64,000 bases of DNA from Dendrobates tinctorius (lineage: Eukaryota): NCBI RefSeq assembly GCF_039654945.1, contig NW_027361869.1, positions 930,001-994,000 on the forward strand. The letters are read 5' to 3'. The translations under genes were made by a program, and so were the position numbers. Shown in pieces: positions 39,042 to 52,064 of the stretch (its first letter is position 1; each line of letters starts with the position of its first letter). Under the pieces are notes generated by a model. That model was not told where the DNA came from. It worked only from the letters and a program-made list of their open reading frames with translations, and did no database searches.

Positions 39042-39850
39042 AGCAATCAGCAGGAGGACCAACCTCCAGCCCCCCCAAAGAAAAACGTGTCTCCCTCCCA
39101 CCACCCCCCCTTGAGTTGCAGCAGCTTCCCCCCTATTCCTTCTGCTTTGAGGGCTCCACGATCAGCCTTATTGATTAGGTGATGGTGCATGCAGGGGATC
39201 AATGGTGTAGTGTGTAGGATGTCCCAGATGATCAGGGGGAGGTGTCTGTCTCTCTCCTTGTGTTCTGCCTCTCAATGTGAGTGTGTGTTTGCAGCTGATG
39301 TCTGTTTCAAGGCGGGAAACAGCTGGTGAGAGATCAGAAACAGCACCCCTCCCCCTCCCTCCAGCCTGCCCCCTCCTTCCACCCAGAGCCAAATCCCAGC
39401 CCTTCTTCCGCAGAGTAAGGCATTGCATGTAAACAAAGGACTATTTGCAAAGCATTGCATGAGCTGCTGCAGTGAGGAAAGGGCAGGCTTCTGCAGCTCT
39501 TGCACATGCATTGTGCTGCAGGGGTGCCAGGGATAAATTGGGCTTGGATTTAGGGTGCAAAGAGGGGTCCTAGGACAAGGGGTGGGGTAACAGAAGCTTG
39601 AATGGGGAGGATGAGAGCTGATCTGGCTGCATGCGCCACGCTTGGGTGATCAGTCCCATCAGCTGACAGCTTGGCAGAGAGGAGAGCAGGGGAAGGAAGG
39701 AGAAGAAAAGGGAAAAAGACCTGAGCACATGGTCGGTGCCTGCATCATCCTCTAACCCCTGAACTGCCAGGCAGGCCTGCATGCATGGGGAAAGCATTCA
39801 CACTTATGGAGGGTGGGGTTTGCTTCCCTACAGCTGATCTAGACTAATGA
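39042..39850 (-). promoter_or_regulatory. TFAP4: TFAP4 5' UTR and promoter region
   Basis: GC-rich, repeat-free sequence upstream of the ATG; E2F-like GGCGGGAA at 39311-39318; GC boxes; CAGCTG at 39292, 39320, 39660, 39831. Confidence 0.7.
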
Positions 39851-41176
39851 AAAAGCAGGTGTTGCTTAACTCCCTCTGTCATTCACTAAAAAAAAGGAAT
39901 GCATTGAAATTAATAGGATCATCCCGATAAAGAAATGATCTAGCCCTGTCATAATTATCAATTTTTTTTTGTATTTTTCCATCTCCGAGAATAGTGAGAC
40001 TTCAGCTCGGAAAGCTATGTCTTATGTAGCTGGTATTAACGTCCCGTACTAAGGAATAAGTGAAAATCCACAGTGGTGTACGTATGCCGATATCCATAAA
40101 TACGCCCCGTCGTTTTACCGTGAGTTCCGTATTTATTGCCCGAAATAGCCTTTATCCTTCCTAGTGTCCAGCTTGCCCCTGAAGGCCCAGTTTACAAAAT
40201 GTAAGGCTATGCGCACACAATTATTATTCTTTTTAATGTCAGAAACGACAGCTTTTCTAGTGGAAACATGCAGTGAATGCCTCCGTTTGAAGCAGTTTTG
40301 AAGTATTTTGGAAGCGTTTGTTTTTCCGTAGTCTATTGAAAGGAAAGTGCCTTAGTTTGGAGTGGTTTGCAGCCGGTTCACAGAAGTTACATGTACTTTC
40401 TTTTTGCCTATCATGCAGTTTCCAGAACTTTTTTAAAGTTTAAAATACAATCAAAACACTGAACATATGAACTGCAAAGTGTTTTTTCCATATATATTAA
40501 TAGGAAGAGCCTTTGAAGTGTTTATTAAGCAGTATCTCAGGTGTTTTTGGAGAGGACTCATTCCCAAAAACTCCACATATCCAAAAGCTCATTTGGTGCA
40601 TGTACCAGTGCGCTCCACTTTCTAGGAACCTTCCAATATCTCTGTCATGCACACTATCTTTTCAATGTTTTTCCGCCATACAAAATGCTTTGGGGGGAAT
40701 TTATTAAGATGATTGATTTCTATGCTTTTCTTAATATTGAGCTAGTCAGAGAATTTGACTCATCTCTAGCTTTTGAATATTTCAGTTTGTGGAGCATGAA
40801 CAGCTCAAGGTGCTCAAAATTTTGAGATGTACGCCTCTCAATAATTTGGGCGCTTCTTACATCTAAGGTTAATTTTACACATCTGACATTCACAGTCGTA
40901 GTATGGCCGGAGATGTCCGGGCCAGTCACTGGTCTCCAAACCTGCACTCAAAATATGAGACTGTTGAGTTCAAGTCAGAAGTCCTGCGTCCACTCCAGAC
41001 TTTGTGGTCCGAACACAGACTGTGAATATCAGACATGTGAAAACAGCCTTTCTGTGTGAATATCTTCTAAGTGAGTTACCATGTTTAGAAGTATCTGACT
41101 ACTACTACTCATCAGATTTTGCTGGAATTTCCCACTCTGAGAGACAGGTACTGCTGCTTCATTTAGTGTTTGGACT

Positions 41177-42027
41177 TGTAGATACTTTAGTGCCAGCGTC
41201 TTTGCATGCTGCCCCTCTTCTCTGTCAGAGACACTGGCTTACCGCCGTGGCCCTGTCCCACACTTCCTCCGTCTCTGTTGATGCCCGGGGTGTGCACATG
41301 GTGTGCAGATCCCCAGGCACTGTGCTTGGGGCACGCACTTCCTTCTTAAAGGGGCCGTGCTCATCGTCTTAAAGTGGCCCCAGCCAATAGCTGGGGGACA
41401 CCTACTATTTAAGGCACCTCCTCCAGCATGAAGGTGCCTGATCAACTAGCACGCTTGCTAGTTATCAGGTTCCCAGTACCGCCAGTCAGTATTCTTGTCC
41501 AGTACCTGTATGTCCGTACCAGCTTGTTTATCTGTATTACAGTCCGCACCTGCCAGTGCTCAGCTGTATATCAGCCAGTCCAGTTCGCACCTGTCTGTGC
41601 TCATTTGTATATTAGCTGGTCCACTCCGCACCTGCTAGGGTTCATCTGTATATCAGTTGGTCCAGTCTGCACCTGCCAGTGCTCATCTGTATATCAGCCG
41701 GTTCAGTCTGCACCTGCCAGTGCTCATTTGTATACCAGCCGGGCCAACCTGCACTTGCCAGTGCCTGTCTGTCTACCTGTTCTACCCGTTACACCCTTCC
41801 TAGCCATTTCTGCCTCCTGTCCCTTTGGGGGTCAGCTGCCATCTACCCGAGGTCAGTTCTGGTGAAGCACCTGGTTCCCTCTCCCTTGTCCCTTCTTGGA
41901 TCGTGTTATCGCCAGCCGCCATGAATACGAGGTCGGACTTGGTGAGGCACCTAGTCATGCCCCTCCAGGCTCTCCTCGGATAACAGCACAGAGGTTCCAC
42001 CACCTAGACCGCTCCAGATTCTTTACT
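41177..42027 (+). mobile_element. Solo-LTR-like element (family of 43620-44375)
   Basis: Begins TGTAG; shares TTAAGGCACCTC, GGTGCCTGA and ~39-bp CACCTGCCAGTG repeats with the reverse complement of 43620-44375; ends are approximate. Confidence 0.6.
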
Positions 42028-43619
42028 GACGTAGGATTCAAGGAGGTTATTTGAAGGGTTGAAAAAATTTTGTCAAATATCCCTATTAGAAAATTCTGAT
42101 TTTTTTTTTGGGGGGGAGGGTTTCCGCCAATTATGACACCGAGTGGCAATACATTCAATACTCCTACTTTGGTAATAATTTAGGAAGCATTAAAGATTTC
42201 AGATAGTCTCTGAGCTCCTAATTTAAGTTCCTCCTTCGGCTCAGTGTTTGGGGGACAAGCCAAAACGGAGAACCCCCACCTTAGCTGTAATTATAATTTG
42301 CTCATTATTCGAAGTTGATCCTTTTTGGAGTTTTTCTTTTCTAATATCTTCGATCCCAAGGAGAAAGTGACCTCTGGAGACTCCTCGCCACCTAACACTA
42401 TTATTCTGGTCTTCATAATCCGTTGGACACCTGCTGTGCTATTGACTGATGATAGAAGAAGTGATGTTTGTCCCCTCTGCTGTCACAGCTCTCAGCTCCA
42501 GGATCATTAGTCCTCTCAGAGCGCTAAATACCCAGCAATGAATCTTCCTAGCACCTTGAGGCTGTCACATGTCTGCCTCATTGGGAATCTCGTCACTTGG
42601 GAATCAGGATTCACGCAGGATGATGGCAGCACTGGAGATAGTTATTGGGAGTCATGTCTTATACGCAGCCTGGAATTTTATATATCTGTTTGGAAAATAT
42701 TACCATGATTGTATATTGGTGGTAAAACCCCAATTCCAAAAAAAGTTTTATGTTGTGTAAAATATAGATAAAACAAGAATACAATCGTTTGGAAATCTAA
42801 CTCTTATATCCATATTTTAATCACAGACGAGAAGTTGAACTTTGGACAATTTTTCATTTCATTTGTAAAAATTAACTCGATTGGAAATTGATGGCGGTGA
42901 AAATTAACTAGTTTGGAAATCAATGACAGCGACACATCTCAAAAAAGTTGGGCCCAGGCCCTATCTACCATTGTGTAGCATGTCCTCTTCTTTTTACAAC
43001 AGTTGGCAAACGTCTGAGATGGGAGGTCAAGGGACCAATTCCTGGAGACTTGGCAGTGGATCGCTGTCCCGTTCTTGTTTGATGTAGGGTTTTTATTTTC
43101 ATAATTCACCAAATGTTTTTTATTGGCGAAAGATCCAGACTGCAGTCAACTGATTCATCACCCAAACTCTTCTTCTGCGGAGCCATGATGCTACGATAGA
43201 TCTAGTATGTGGTTTAGCCTCGTCTTCAGGTCTTTCCTGAAATAGATAGACGTTGTCTGCATGGCGCAGATGTTCTAAAACACCTATATAAAGCTCAGCA
43301 TTGATAGTGCTTTTCACGTGTAAATTGCCCCTACCATAGGCACTAATGCCCCCCATACCATCAGAGGTGCAGAACTGTGCGCTGATAACAAGCTGGACTG
43401 TCCCTTTCCTTGATAACAAGCTGGACAGTCACACTCCTCGATAAAAATCTGAATAGTCCCACTATTCTTGAGTCCTCAGGACACAGCGTCTGTGGTTTCT
43501 ATAAAGAATTTCACATTTTGATTCAACCCACCACAGAACAGTTTTCAATTTTGCCTCCATCCATTATAAATGAGCTTTGGCTCAGAAAGGCCTCATTGTT
43601 TCTAGACTGTGTTGATATT

Positions 43620-44375
43620 TGTAACAGGAATGGTGGAACCATTGTGTCGTGGACCAAGGAGAGCCTGAAGGGGCATAACTAGATGAACACCTGACTCTTC
43701 ACCAGAGCCCCAGACTGTGGGGTAAGACTTGGCTCCAAATGGACACCAGATGCTACATCCGCACGGACCTCGGATGAACAGCAGCTGACCCCAAAGGGGT
43801 AGGAAGCTGGAACATTCCAGAAGGAAAGTTCATCTCGTACAGGCAGGAATGGCAGGTGCTGGCGGGGACGGCTGGTATACAGACAGACACTGGCAGGTGC
43901 AAACAGGTACGGTTGATATACAGGCAGGCACTGGCAGGTGCCGGCAGGTACAACTGGTGTACAGGTGGGCATGGCCGGTTCAGATAGGTAAGGCAGATGT
44001 ATAGGCAGATGCAGGCAGGTACAGCTGGTATACAGGCATGCACTGGCAGGTGGAGGTAGGTACAGCTGGTATACAGGTGGGCACGAAAACTACAGGCAGG
44101 TACTGGAAGATAAACTACAACAGGGGACTTGAGAATTCGCAAGCATGCAACTAACACAGTGAACAGGTTGCTCAGGCACCTCCCATCAGTTGGAGGTGCC
44201 TTAAAAAGTGTTTCCCAGCTATTGTACACTTTAGGACGGCGTGTGCTGTCCTTTTAAGAAGGAGGTAGACTACGGGCAGCAGCAGGAAGAGGAATTGCAT
44301 GATGCGGGCCACGGCGGTGAGAGTCTGTTTCCCTGCCGGGGAAGGAGGCAAGCGTGTAGGGATGACGGCGCTACA
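43620..44375 (-). mobile_element. Solo LTR
   Basis: TGTAAC ... CTACA termini with a 5-bp ATATT TSD; internal tandem repeats. Confidence 0.85.
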
Positions 44376-44708
44376 ATATTTGGCACCGTCTTTGCATGAT
44401 AGAGCTGTAACTTGCCTTTGCGAATTGCACGGTGACCTCTATTCATAGACAATGATATCTGGAAGTATTCCTGAGCATACGCTGTAATTTGTTCAACCAA
44501 ATCATCCCTGTTTTTAATTTAGTGTCGCATGAGGGCCCGTAAATACCGAGCATCCAATATTGATCATTGGGCCTTGTTTTCTTGTGCACATGCAATTCTA
44601 CAGAATCTCTGAATCTTTAGATTATATTCTTCTGTACTGTAGATGGTGGAGTATTCAAAGTCTAAAGTGTAATTTTATGTTGAGGAACATTTTTCTAGAA
44701 GACACAGT

Positions 44709-45509
44709 TAGAATCATAGAATCATAGAATCGTAGAGTTGGAAAGGACCTCCTGGGCCATCTGGTCCAACCCCCTGCTCAAAGCAGGATTCGCTAAATCA
44801 TCCCAGTCAGATGTCTGTCCAGCCTCTGTTTGAAGACTTCCATTGAAGGAGAACTCACCACTTCTTGTGGCAGCTTGTTCCACTCATTGATCACTCTAAC
44901 TGTCAAAAAGTTTTTTCTAATATCTAATCTGTGTCTCCTCCCATTCAGTTTCATCCCATTGCTTCTAGTCTTTCCTTGTGCAAATGAGAATAAAGTTGAT
45001 CCTTCTACAATGTGACAGCCCTTTAGATATTTGTAGACAGCTATTAAGTCTCCTCTCAGTCTTCTCTTTTTCAAACTAAACATTCCCAAATCCTGCAACC
45101 TTTCCTCATAAGACAGGGTTTGCAGACCGGTCACCATTCTGGTCGCTCTTTTCTGAACTTGCTCCAGTTTGTTGATGTCTTTTTTAAAATGTGGTGCCCA
45201 AAACTGGACACAATATTCCAGATGAGGTCTGACCAAAGAGGAGTAGAGGGAAATAATGACTTCACGTGATCTAGACTGTATGCTTCTGTTAATACATCCT
45301 AGAATTGCATTCGCCTTTTTGGCTGCTGCATCACACTGTTGACTCATATTCAGTCTGTGATCTATTAGTATAGCCAAGTCTTTTTCACATGTGCTGTTGC
45401 TTAGCCCTATTCCTCCCATTCTATATATGCTTTTTTCATTTTTATTGCCCAGATGTAGTACTTTGCATTTTTCCCTGTTAAAAACCATTCTGTTAGTTGC
45501 TGCCCACTT
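44709..45509 (-). mobile_element. CR1 LINE 3' fragment
   Basis: ORF 44793..45527 is the CR1 ORF2 C-terminus (LYSSLVRPHLEYCVQFWAPH, RRLRGDLI); (ATTCTATG)n tail. Confidence 0.96.
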
Positions 45510-46767
45510 GGGTGAACCCCTAACCATCTTTGCTTCTGAGAGACTCTGCCTCTCTCACTTGCTATTTTTATACACACTCATGTGATTTACTTGATAATTG
45601 ACCCTCCATCTGTTTTTCATTAGCACCACTTACTTTTCCAACCTTTTTGCTAACCGCCGTCCTAACTTTTTTTGAGATGCTTTGCTGCCATCAATTTCTA
45701 AATGAGTTAATTTTTTTCAAAGAGAAGGAAAAATGTCCAATGTTCAACTTTTGATTTGTGTTCTGCTGTGAACAAAATATGGCTAATAAGAAATTTCCAG
45801 ATCATTACAATCATGCTTTCTTTACATTTACATGGAGTTCTAACTTTTTTTGGAATTGGAGTTACAGTATATAATATAGTACTATCACCCCAATTTGTGC
45901 CAGATGTCAGACATATGATAGAACGGGGTCTGTTGAGGGTCCTCATGTTTTCTTTGCACCATTGGCCTGGACACTCCATGTGCTTGTTTTCCAGTGGCAG
46001 TAAGATAGGGCTCACACAACTATATTTTAATATTTTATCACCCATATTTTGGCAACAATTCCTGACTGGTGACCTGTAATGCAGCGGTGTTCACACAGTG
46101 CGGTAAAGAAGGAGTGACAGGTTAGTCCAACTTAAAAGTCTATTTTCAAATCTCACAAAGTAAAAGCAAATGTTATCCTCCGCATCGCAGCCAGGTCATC
46201 CAATACAGTCAGTACCAAACGACTGGACCACCGCATCACGTGTGGGTACATCAGTTGCCTTCGCTCGCCTGTGTTCAGTCGTCTCACAGACCTGTACTGT
46301 ACAGATCTCCCTGCTCAGATGATTGCATGCAACACTCTGACTTACTAATGCTAAACTGAAAGTTTAAATGGGAATTGTGGACATCAGCCACTCCAAAAAC
46401 CCAGAGTGGAAGGAGAGATCCAACCCACTACCAATCTTATAGGTCTTTCCAAAAATAAAAGCCCATGTCAGGTTTTCCTAGATCTGACCTGGTCAAATAA
46501 CTTGACCAAGTCCAGACTTACTTTTATTTTGCATTTCAAGCAAAGCTGTAGCTGTGATTTCCGTGCTCTCCAGCGGGTTCAATATGCTTCTAAGCACATT
46601 CTAGGGGATACATAACGGCCAGTTTATGAATCCTTCAGAATTTCCAATATCCTAAGCTTGGAGAAGGGCTGAGGAGTAGTGAGTATGTTATATTTTTAAC
46701 TGCAATTTTAGTTTGTACCACATTTATTAAGTGCAAATCAGGCCGCCTTGACGCCAAATTGAGCATA

Positions 46768-48374
46768 CAGTCATATGTTAAAGTTTGGGCACCCCTATTA
46801 ATGTTAACCTTTTTTCTTTATAACAATTTTGGTTTTTGCAACAGCTATTTCAGTTTCATATATCTAATAACTGATGGACTCAGTTATATTTCTGGATTCA
46901 AATGATGTTTATTGTTCTAACAGAAAATGTGCAATCTGCATTTAAACAAAATTTGACCGGTGCAAAAGTATGGGCACCCGTATCAGTTTCTTGATTTGAA
47001 CACTCCTAACTACTTTTTACTGACTTCCTGAAGCACTAAATTGGTTTTGTAACCTCATTGAGCTTTGAACTTCATAGCCAGGTGTATCAAATCATGAGAA
47101 AAGGTATTTAAGGTGGCCACTTGCAAGTAGTTCTCCCATTTGATTCTCCCATGAAGAGTGGCATCATGGGCTCCTCAAAACAACTCTCAAATGATCTGAA
47201 AACAAAGATTATTCAACATAGCTTTTCAGGGGAAGGATACAAAAAGTTGTCTCAGAGATTTAACCTGTCAGTTTCCACTGTGAGGAGCATAGTAAGGAAA
47301 TGGAAGAACACAGGTGCAGTTCTTGTTAAGCCCAGAAGTGGCAGGCCAAGAAAAATATCAGAAAGGCAGAGAAGAAGAATGGTGAGAATAGTCAAGGACA
47401 ATCCACAGACCACCTCCAAAGACCTGGAGCGTCATCTTGCTGCAGATGGTGTCACTGTGCATCGGTCAACAATACAGTGCACTTTGCACAAGGAGAAGCT
47501 ATATGGGAGAGTGATGCGAAAGAAGCCGTTTCTGCAAGCACGCCACAAACAGTCGCCTGAGGTATGCAAAAGCACATTTGGACAAGCCAGTTACATTTTG
47601 GAAGAAGGTCCTGTGGACTGATGAAACAAAGATTGAGTTGTTTGGTCATACAAAAAGGCGTTATGCATGGAGGCTAAAAATACAGCATTCCAAGAAAAAC
47701 ACTTGCTACCCACAGTAAAATTTGGTGGAGGTTCCATCATGCTTTGGGGCTGTGTGGCCAATGCCGGCACCGGGAATCTTGTTAAAGTTGAGGGTCGCAT
47801 GGATTCAACTCAGTATCAGCAGATTCTTGACAATAATGTGCAAGAATTAGTGACGAAGTTGAAGTTACGCAGGGGATGGATATTTCAGCAAGACAATGAT
47901 CCAAAACACCGCAATGTTCTGGAATGGCCATCCCAGTCCCCAGACCTGAATATCATTGAACATCTGTGGGATGATTTGAAGCGGGCTGCCCATGCTCAGC
48001 GACCATCAAACTTAACTGAACTGGAATTGTTTTGTAAACAGGAATGGTCACAAGTACCTTCATCCAGGAACCAGGAACTCATTAATAGCTACAGGAAGTG
48101 ACTAGAGGCTGTTATTTTTGCAAAAGGAGGATCTACGAAATATTAATGTCACTTTTACGTTGAGGTGCCCATACTTTTGCACCGGTCAAATTTTGTTTAA
48201 ATGCAGATTGCACATTTTCTGTTAGTACAATAAACTTCATTTGAATCCAGAAATATAACTGAGTCCATCAGTTATTAGATATATGAAACTGAAATAGCTG
48301 TTGCAAAAACCAAAATTGTTATAAAGAAAAAAGGTTAACATTAATAGGGGTGCCCAAACTTTAACATATGACTG
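46768..48374 (+). mobile_element. Young Tc1-like transposon with long (~213-bp) TIRs
   Basis: TA TSD; near-perfect TIRs CAGTCATATGTTAAAGTTTGGGCACCCC; transposase at 47166-48145. Confidence 0.96.
47166..48145 (+). pseudogene. Tc1 transposase pseudogene
   Basis: HTH, GRPR, WTDE, QDNDPKH, SPDLNIIE motifs; frameshift near 47555, deletion after DPKH, premature TGA at 48099. Confidence 0.92.
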
Positions 48375-50249
48375 TATCTGCCCAAATCAAATTTTGTGAG
48401 ATTCGCCCAACTCTCCTGTTGGCAAATTGTTTGGTCAACCGACTGTCATCTCTGCTGAGAGCTCCCATGTACATAAAGGGGAGAGGATAAGAAGTCGCTG
48501 CTAGACCTCTCCTGAAGGAGCTTCTCTCCCCTGAAAATAAAAATGTAAACTGTCTATCCCTTGCCATTATCTCTTAGGATGCCCCCAATCACATCAGATG
48601 ATCTGCAGGTCCTCACCTCCAACATCTTCTGGTTTGGCCAACTTTCATCTAACATGTCTGAAAGTAAAAAAATTACCGTAAGTTTGCTGTTCTTCCTCTT
48701 CAGTCATGAAGTTATTGAATCTTCCTCTACTCTGGCCTGGCCTTACGAACCAGCTTATCAGATTCAGGTAATCAGTTAATTACTATTATTGCATAATTTT
48801 GCCTAGTAAATGAAGGTGTTCATGTTGATGACGTGACTAGTGAGCATGAATGTCACTGCAGAGGTAGGGGGAAGGCATTGAGCTTTTCTTTAACTGTTTG
48901 CTCTCTTTTCGGGCATGTCCTTGCTCAGTACAAAGGTACAAAAGGAGCAGGTGTCCCATATTGTCACCACGGTTGTGGGGAACAATCAATGGATGCTGAT
49001 AGCGATGCAGAACAGGTTTACATGGGTTGTAGACACAAGGGCCACAAGTCGGAGATTGAGGCATTGGAGCATGCGTCATGTCTGTCATCTCTATTGGATT
49101 TTCTCCCTACTTGCTTCCTGTGAAATCCACTCGAGGACGCCATCATGGAATCAGGTCCAAAAACTAAGGAAAAAAAACCCTCAATAAAAGCAAAGTCTTC
49201 TGCCCTCATTCCCCATAAGAAGATAAAATTGCTTTCAGTGTACAAAACAGGAACTATCCCACCTGCCATTCTCTGTAACTTGTCATTTAGCATTTTTTAT
49301 TGGTCTGTTACTTTTCACCAGCATTCTGCAAGCATTATAGGGGCAGGAACTTTCTTTCTCTCTTTTTCCAGCGTGCACTGCATCTGCTATTGTCCTATGG
49401 CTTCCTGACTGACTCTGCTTCTCTGCTGATAGAGACGGATTATACTCGACAACAGGCAGTGAACAGCAGGGTTGACAGAAGGGAGACACCTAGTGGACAC
49501 ACCTTTGAGTGTTTTTTTTCGAAGTTAAGACAACATAATTTTTGTTTTTATTTAGTATTTTTTAAATTGTGAAATATAGATAAAGACATAGGAAAGCTAA
49601 ACAATTCTTAACTAAAAGCATCTCATAAATACATAGCAGTACATACACAACCATATATATATTAATGACAATATTCACACACATAAGGCAACTCTTCTCA
49701 GAGTGGTAATGAAGCAATGGCTGTTTTAGCGTTGAACCATGGATCCTAACATTGTACAAATTTATCCACGGTCGTTCAAGCCAATAGACATGAATTACCA
49801 GGCACTCAAGATCATATATGTTAGGGTACCACGTCCCCTGTTTAGTACATACTTCACAGTACTCTCATCGGGGTCAAATATGCTGCAAAAAAGTATTAAA
49901 CCATTCTGCACAATGAGGTAAAAATTGCTTTGAGTGCATATACCAGCCTAATATGTCCAGGAACTGTCTCTAGTGGCATTTTGCCAGCACTATAGGTTCA
50001 GGAGCTTCTTTTCCTTCATTTCCCAGCATTCATTAATCATGCTATTCTTCATTGCCTTAGCAGGCCTGAACTGAAAGATGTGCCATATTTCCAGACTGTC
50101 TTGGTGTCTCCACACAAAGGTAAGTTTCTTCAAGTGGTGGTCCTCCAACGCTGGTAAGATAACATCATATTTATGTAAGGTGATTGTCTATTTACCACAT
50201 TATTAATGAGATCACATTGTCTGAACAGTGACCAATTAATCTTGGCATA

Positions 50250-50381
50250 TAATAATAATGATAATCTTTATTTTTATATAGCGCTAACATATTCCGCAGC
50301 TCTTTACAGTTTGCACACATTTTCATCACTGTCCCCGATGGGGCTCACAATCTAAATTCCCTATCAGTATGTCTTTGGAAT
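50250..50381 (-). mobile_element. SINE/L2-type 3' tail fragment
   Basis: Reverse complement of CTGTAAAG(A)GCTGCGGAATATGTTAGCGCTATATAA plus an (ATT)n tail; similar to the 3' end of 51008-51280. Confidence 0.7.
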
Positions 50382-51007
50382 ATCAGTAATTGTATTTACT
50401 TTATTTTCCCCCTGTTCTATATATAGTCTTTTATCTGGTCTCAAGTTTTATATTTGGCTGGGGCTAGATGGCAGCTTTGGGAGCGACACAGCTCATTGCC
50501 AAAGATTTCTGTGTGCTGCTATGTGCTATCTCAATGGGGTTGCATTGCGACACCTATGACACATGACTGCGACAGGCAACTCAAAAATAGCAAACTGATA
50601 CTTACTTTTTACCACTTGCTTGTTGCGGTTGCACTACTTTAGGGGTTGCAGCGAGACCCCATTCATCTGCATTACGCTGCAACGTAGCAGGAGCAGAACA
50701 TCGATGGACTCAGTCCATAGGCCGCATTGATCATCTGTGGCTCTGGATGGGAACCCTAGGAACCACCTTTACTGAAGGCATCCCCCGGCTCCTGTTTAGA
50801 TTCGCCCAACCAGTGCAACCCCACATTGCGCCAGCCTGGCTAATCAAAAGAAAAGCCACAGAAGCCGATTAGGTAGGAGGCGGCTCTCAGGGCTTCCATC
50901 CAGCAAATTACTGAGGTCGCCAATGGACCTTGTCCTGCGAATTGATTTGCACTAACCCTACTTCTAGTCCATCCACAACAGTCTAATAGGCATACATGTA
51001 AGGTCAA

Positions 51008-51280
51008 GGGGCGGCACGGAGGCTCAGTGATTTGCACTTTTCCTTTGCCTCACTGGGGTCCTGGGGTTAAATCCCACCAAGGACAACATCTGCAAGGAGT
51101 TTGTGTGTTCTCCCCGTGTTTGTGTGGGTTTCCTCCGTGTTCTCCAGTTTCCTCCCACACTCTGAGCTTAAGACATACTGATAGGAAATTCAGATTGTGA
51201 CTCCCAATGGGGACAGAGATGATGAAGTCTGTAAAGCGCTGCGGAAATTAATGGCGCTATATAAGTGAGTAACATAAATA
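51008..51280 (+). mobile_element. tRNA-derived V-SINE
   Basis: A-box-like GGCTCAGTG and B-box-like GGTTAAATCC head, V-domain GTTCTCCCCGTGTTTGTGTGGGTTTCCTCC, L2-like tail. Confidence 0.85.
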
Positions 51281-52064
51281 CATGAGGCTATGACGTTGGG
51301 AATCAGGAGACCTGTGACCAGTCCATGCATCCAGTACAAATGTGTAATACCTTGATATTCTGGATCAGGAGCATAACCATAATTCTTATATCTAATTTTT
51401 GTTTTGTACTTTTTACATCCTTGATTTTTTTGTTTTTTTTTTGCTTCCTGCTTGCTCTATAGTTGGCAATTTTACAAGATTGTATGAGATAAAAAAAAAT
51501 TGCCTGTTTACTTCCAATAACATCGCCGTCACACCTGCACAGGTTATAAATATTAACTGGAAAAAGGTGCCGAGTCCAAAATACCAAATCACAAATAATT
51601 CTAGTATTAAATTACTTTTTTCTTGTATTTACATAATTGAGAATATTAGAACACGAGGAGACAGAACACAAGGGACCTGCGAGTGGCGAAGCCTTTTTTT
51701 ATTTCCTCCACATTCACCGCAGAGTCCTCCCACGCACCTCGTGTGCGCTCCGACAATAACCCACTCCTAATTCCAGGCCGTCTCCCAGCCACACCCTGCT
51801 CCTGAACTCACCACACAGCACTGGCCGCCTCTTATTAATCTCACACATGCAAAGTGAAGTCTGCACATGGGTGTAATCTCAGGCTCAGCTTCCCATGTGT
51901 CTGCTGATCTTCTGCGGGCCCAGGAGTGGGAGGAATGAGCAGCTCCATAATATCCTGAATACTTTGTCGGTGAAAAGAGAATGTATATACATATGGCGTA
52001 CTGGATAATGTCCGAAAAAGATGTAAAAAGTGTAAGGTCGAACAGCAAATTATATGGTGCTCTT

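Larger units (their letters stand above)
42725..45865 (-). mobile_element. Decayed Tc1-like element interrupted by a solo LTR and a CR1
   Basis: TIR CCCCAATTCCAAAAAAAGTT at both ends; transposase remnants in ORF 43120..43419 (INAELYI, FQ...AKPH). Confidence 0.8.

Noticed and set aside
41428-44229. Cys/Pro-rich ORFs (41428..41865, 43753..44229)
   Set aside because: Translations of tandem repeats inside LTR-like elements
51008-51080. tRNA gene
   Set aside because: Degenerate tRNA-derived head of a V-SINE, not a full cloverleaf
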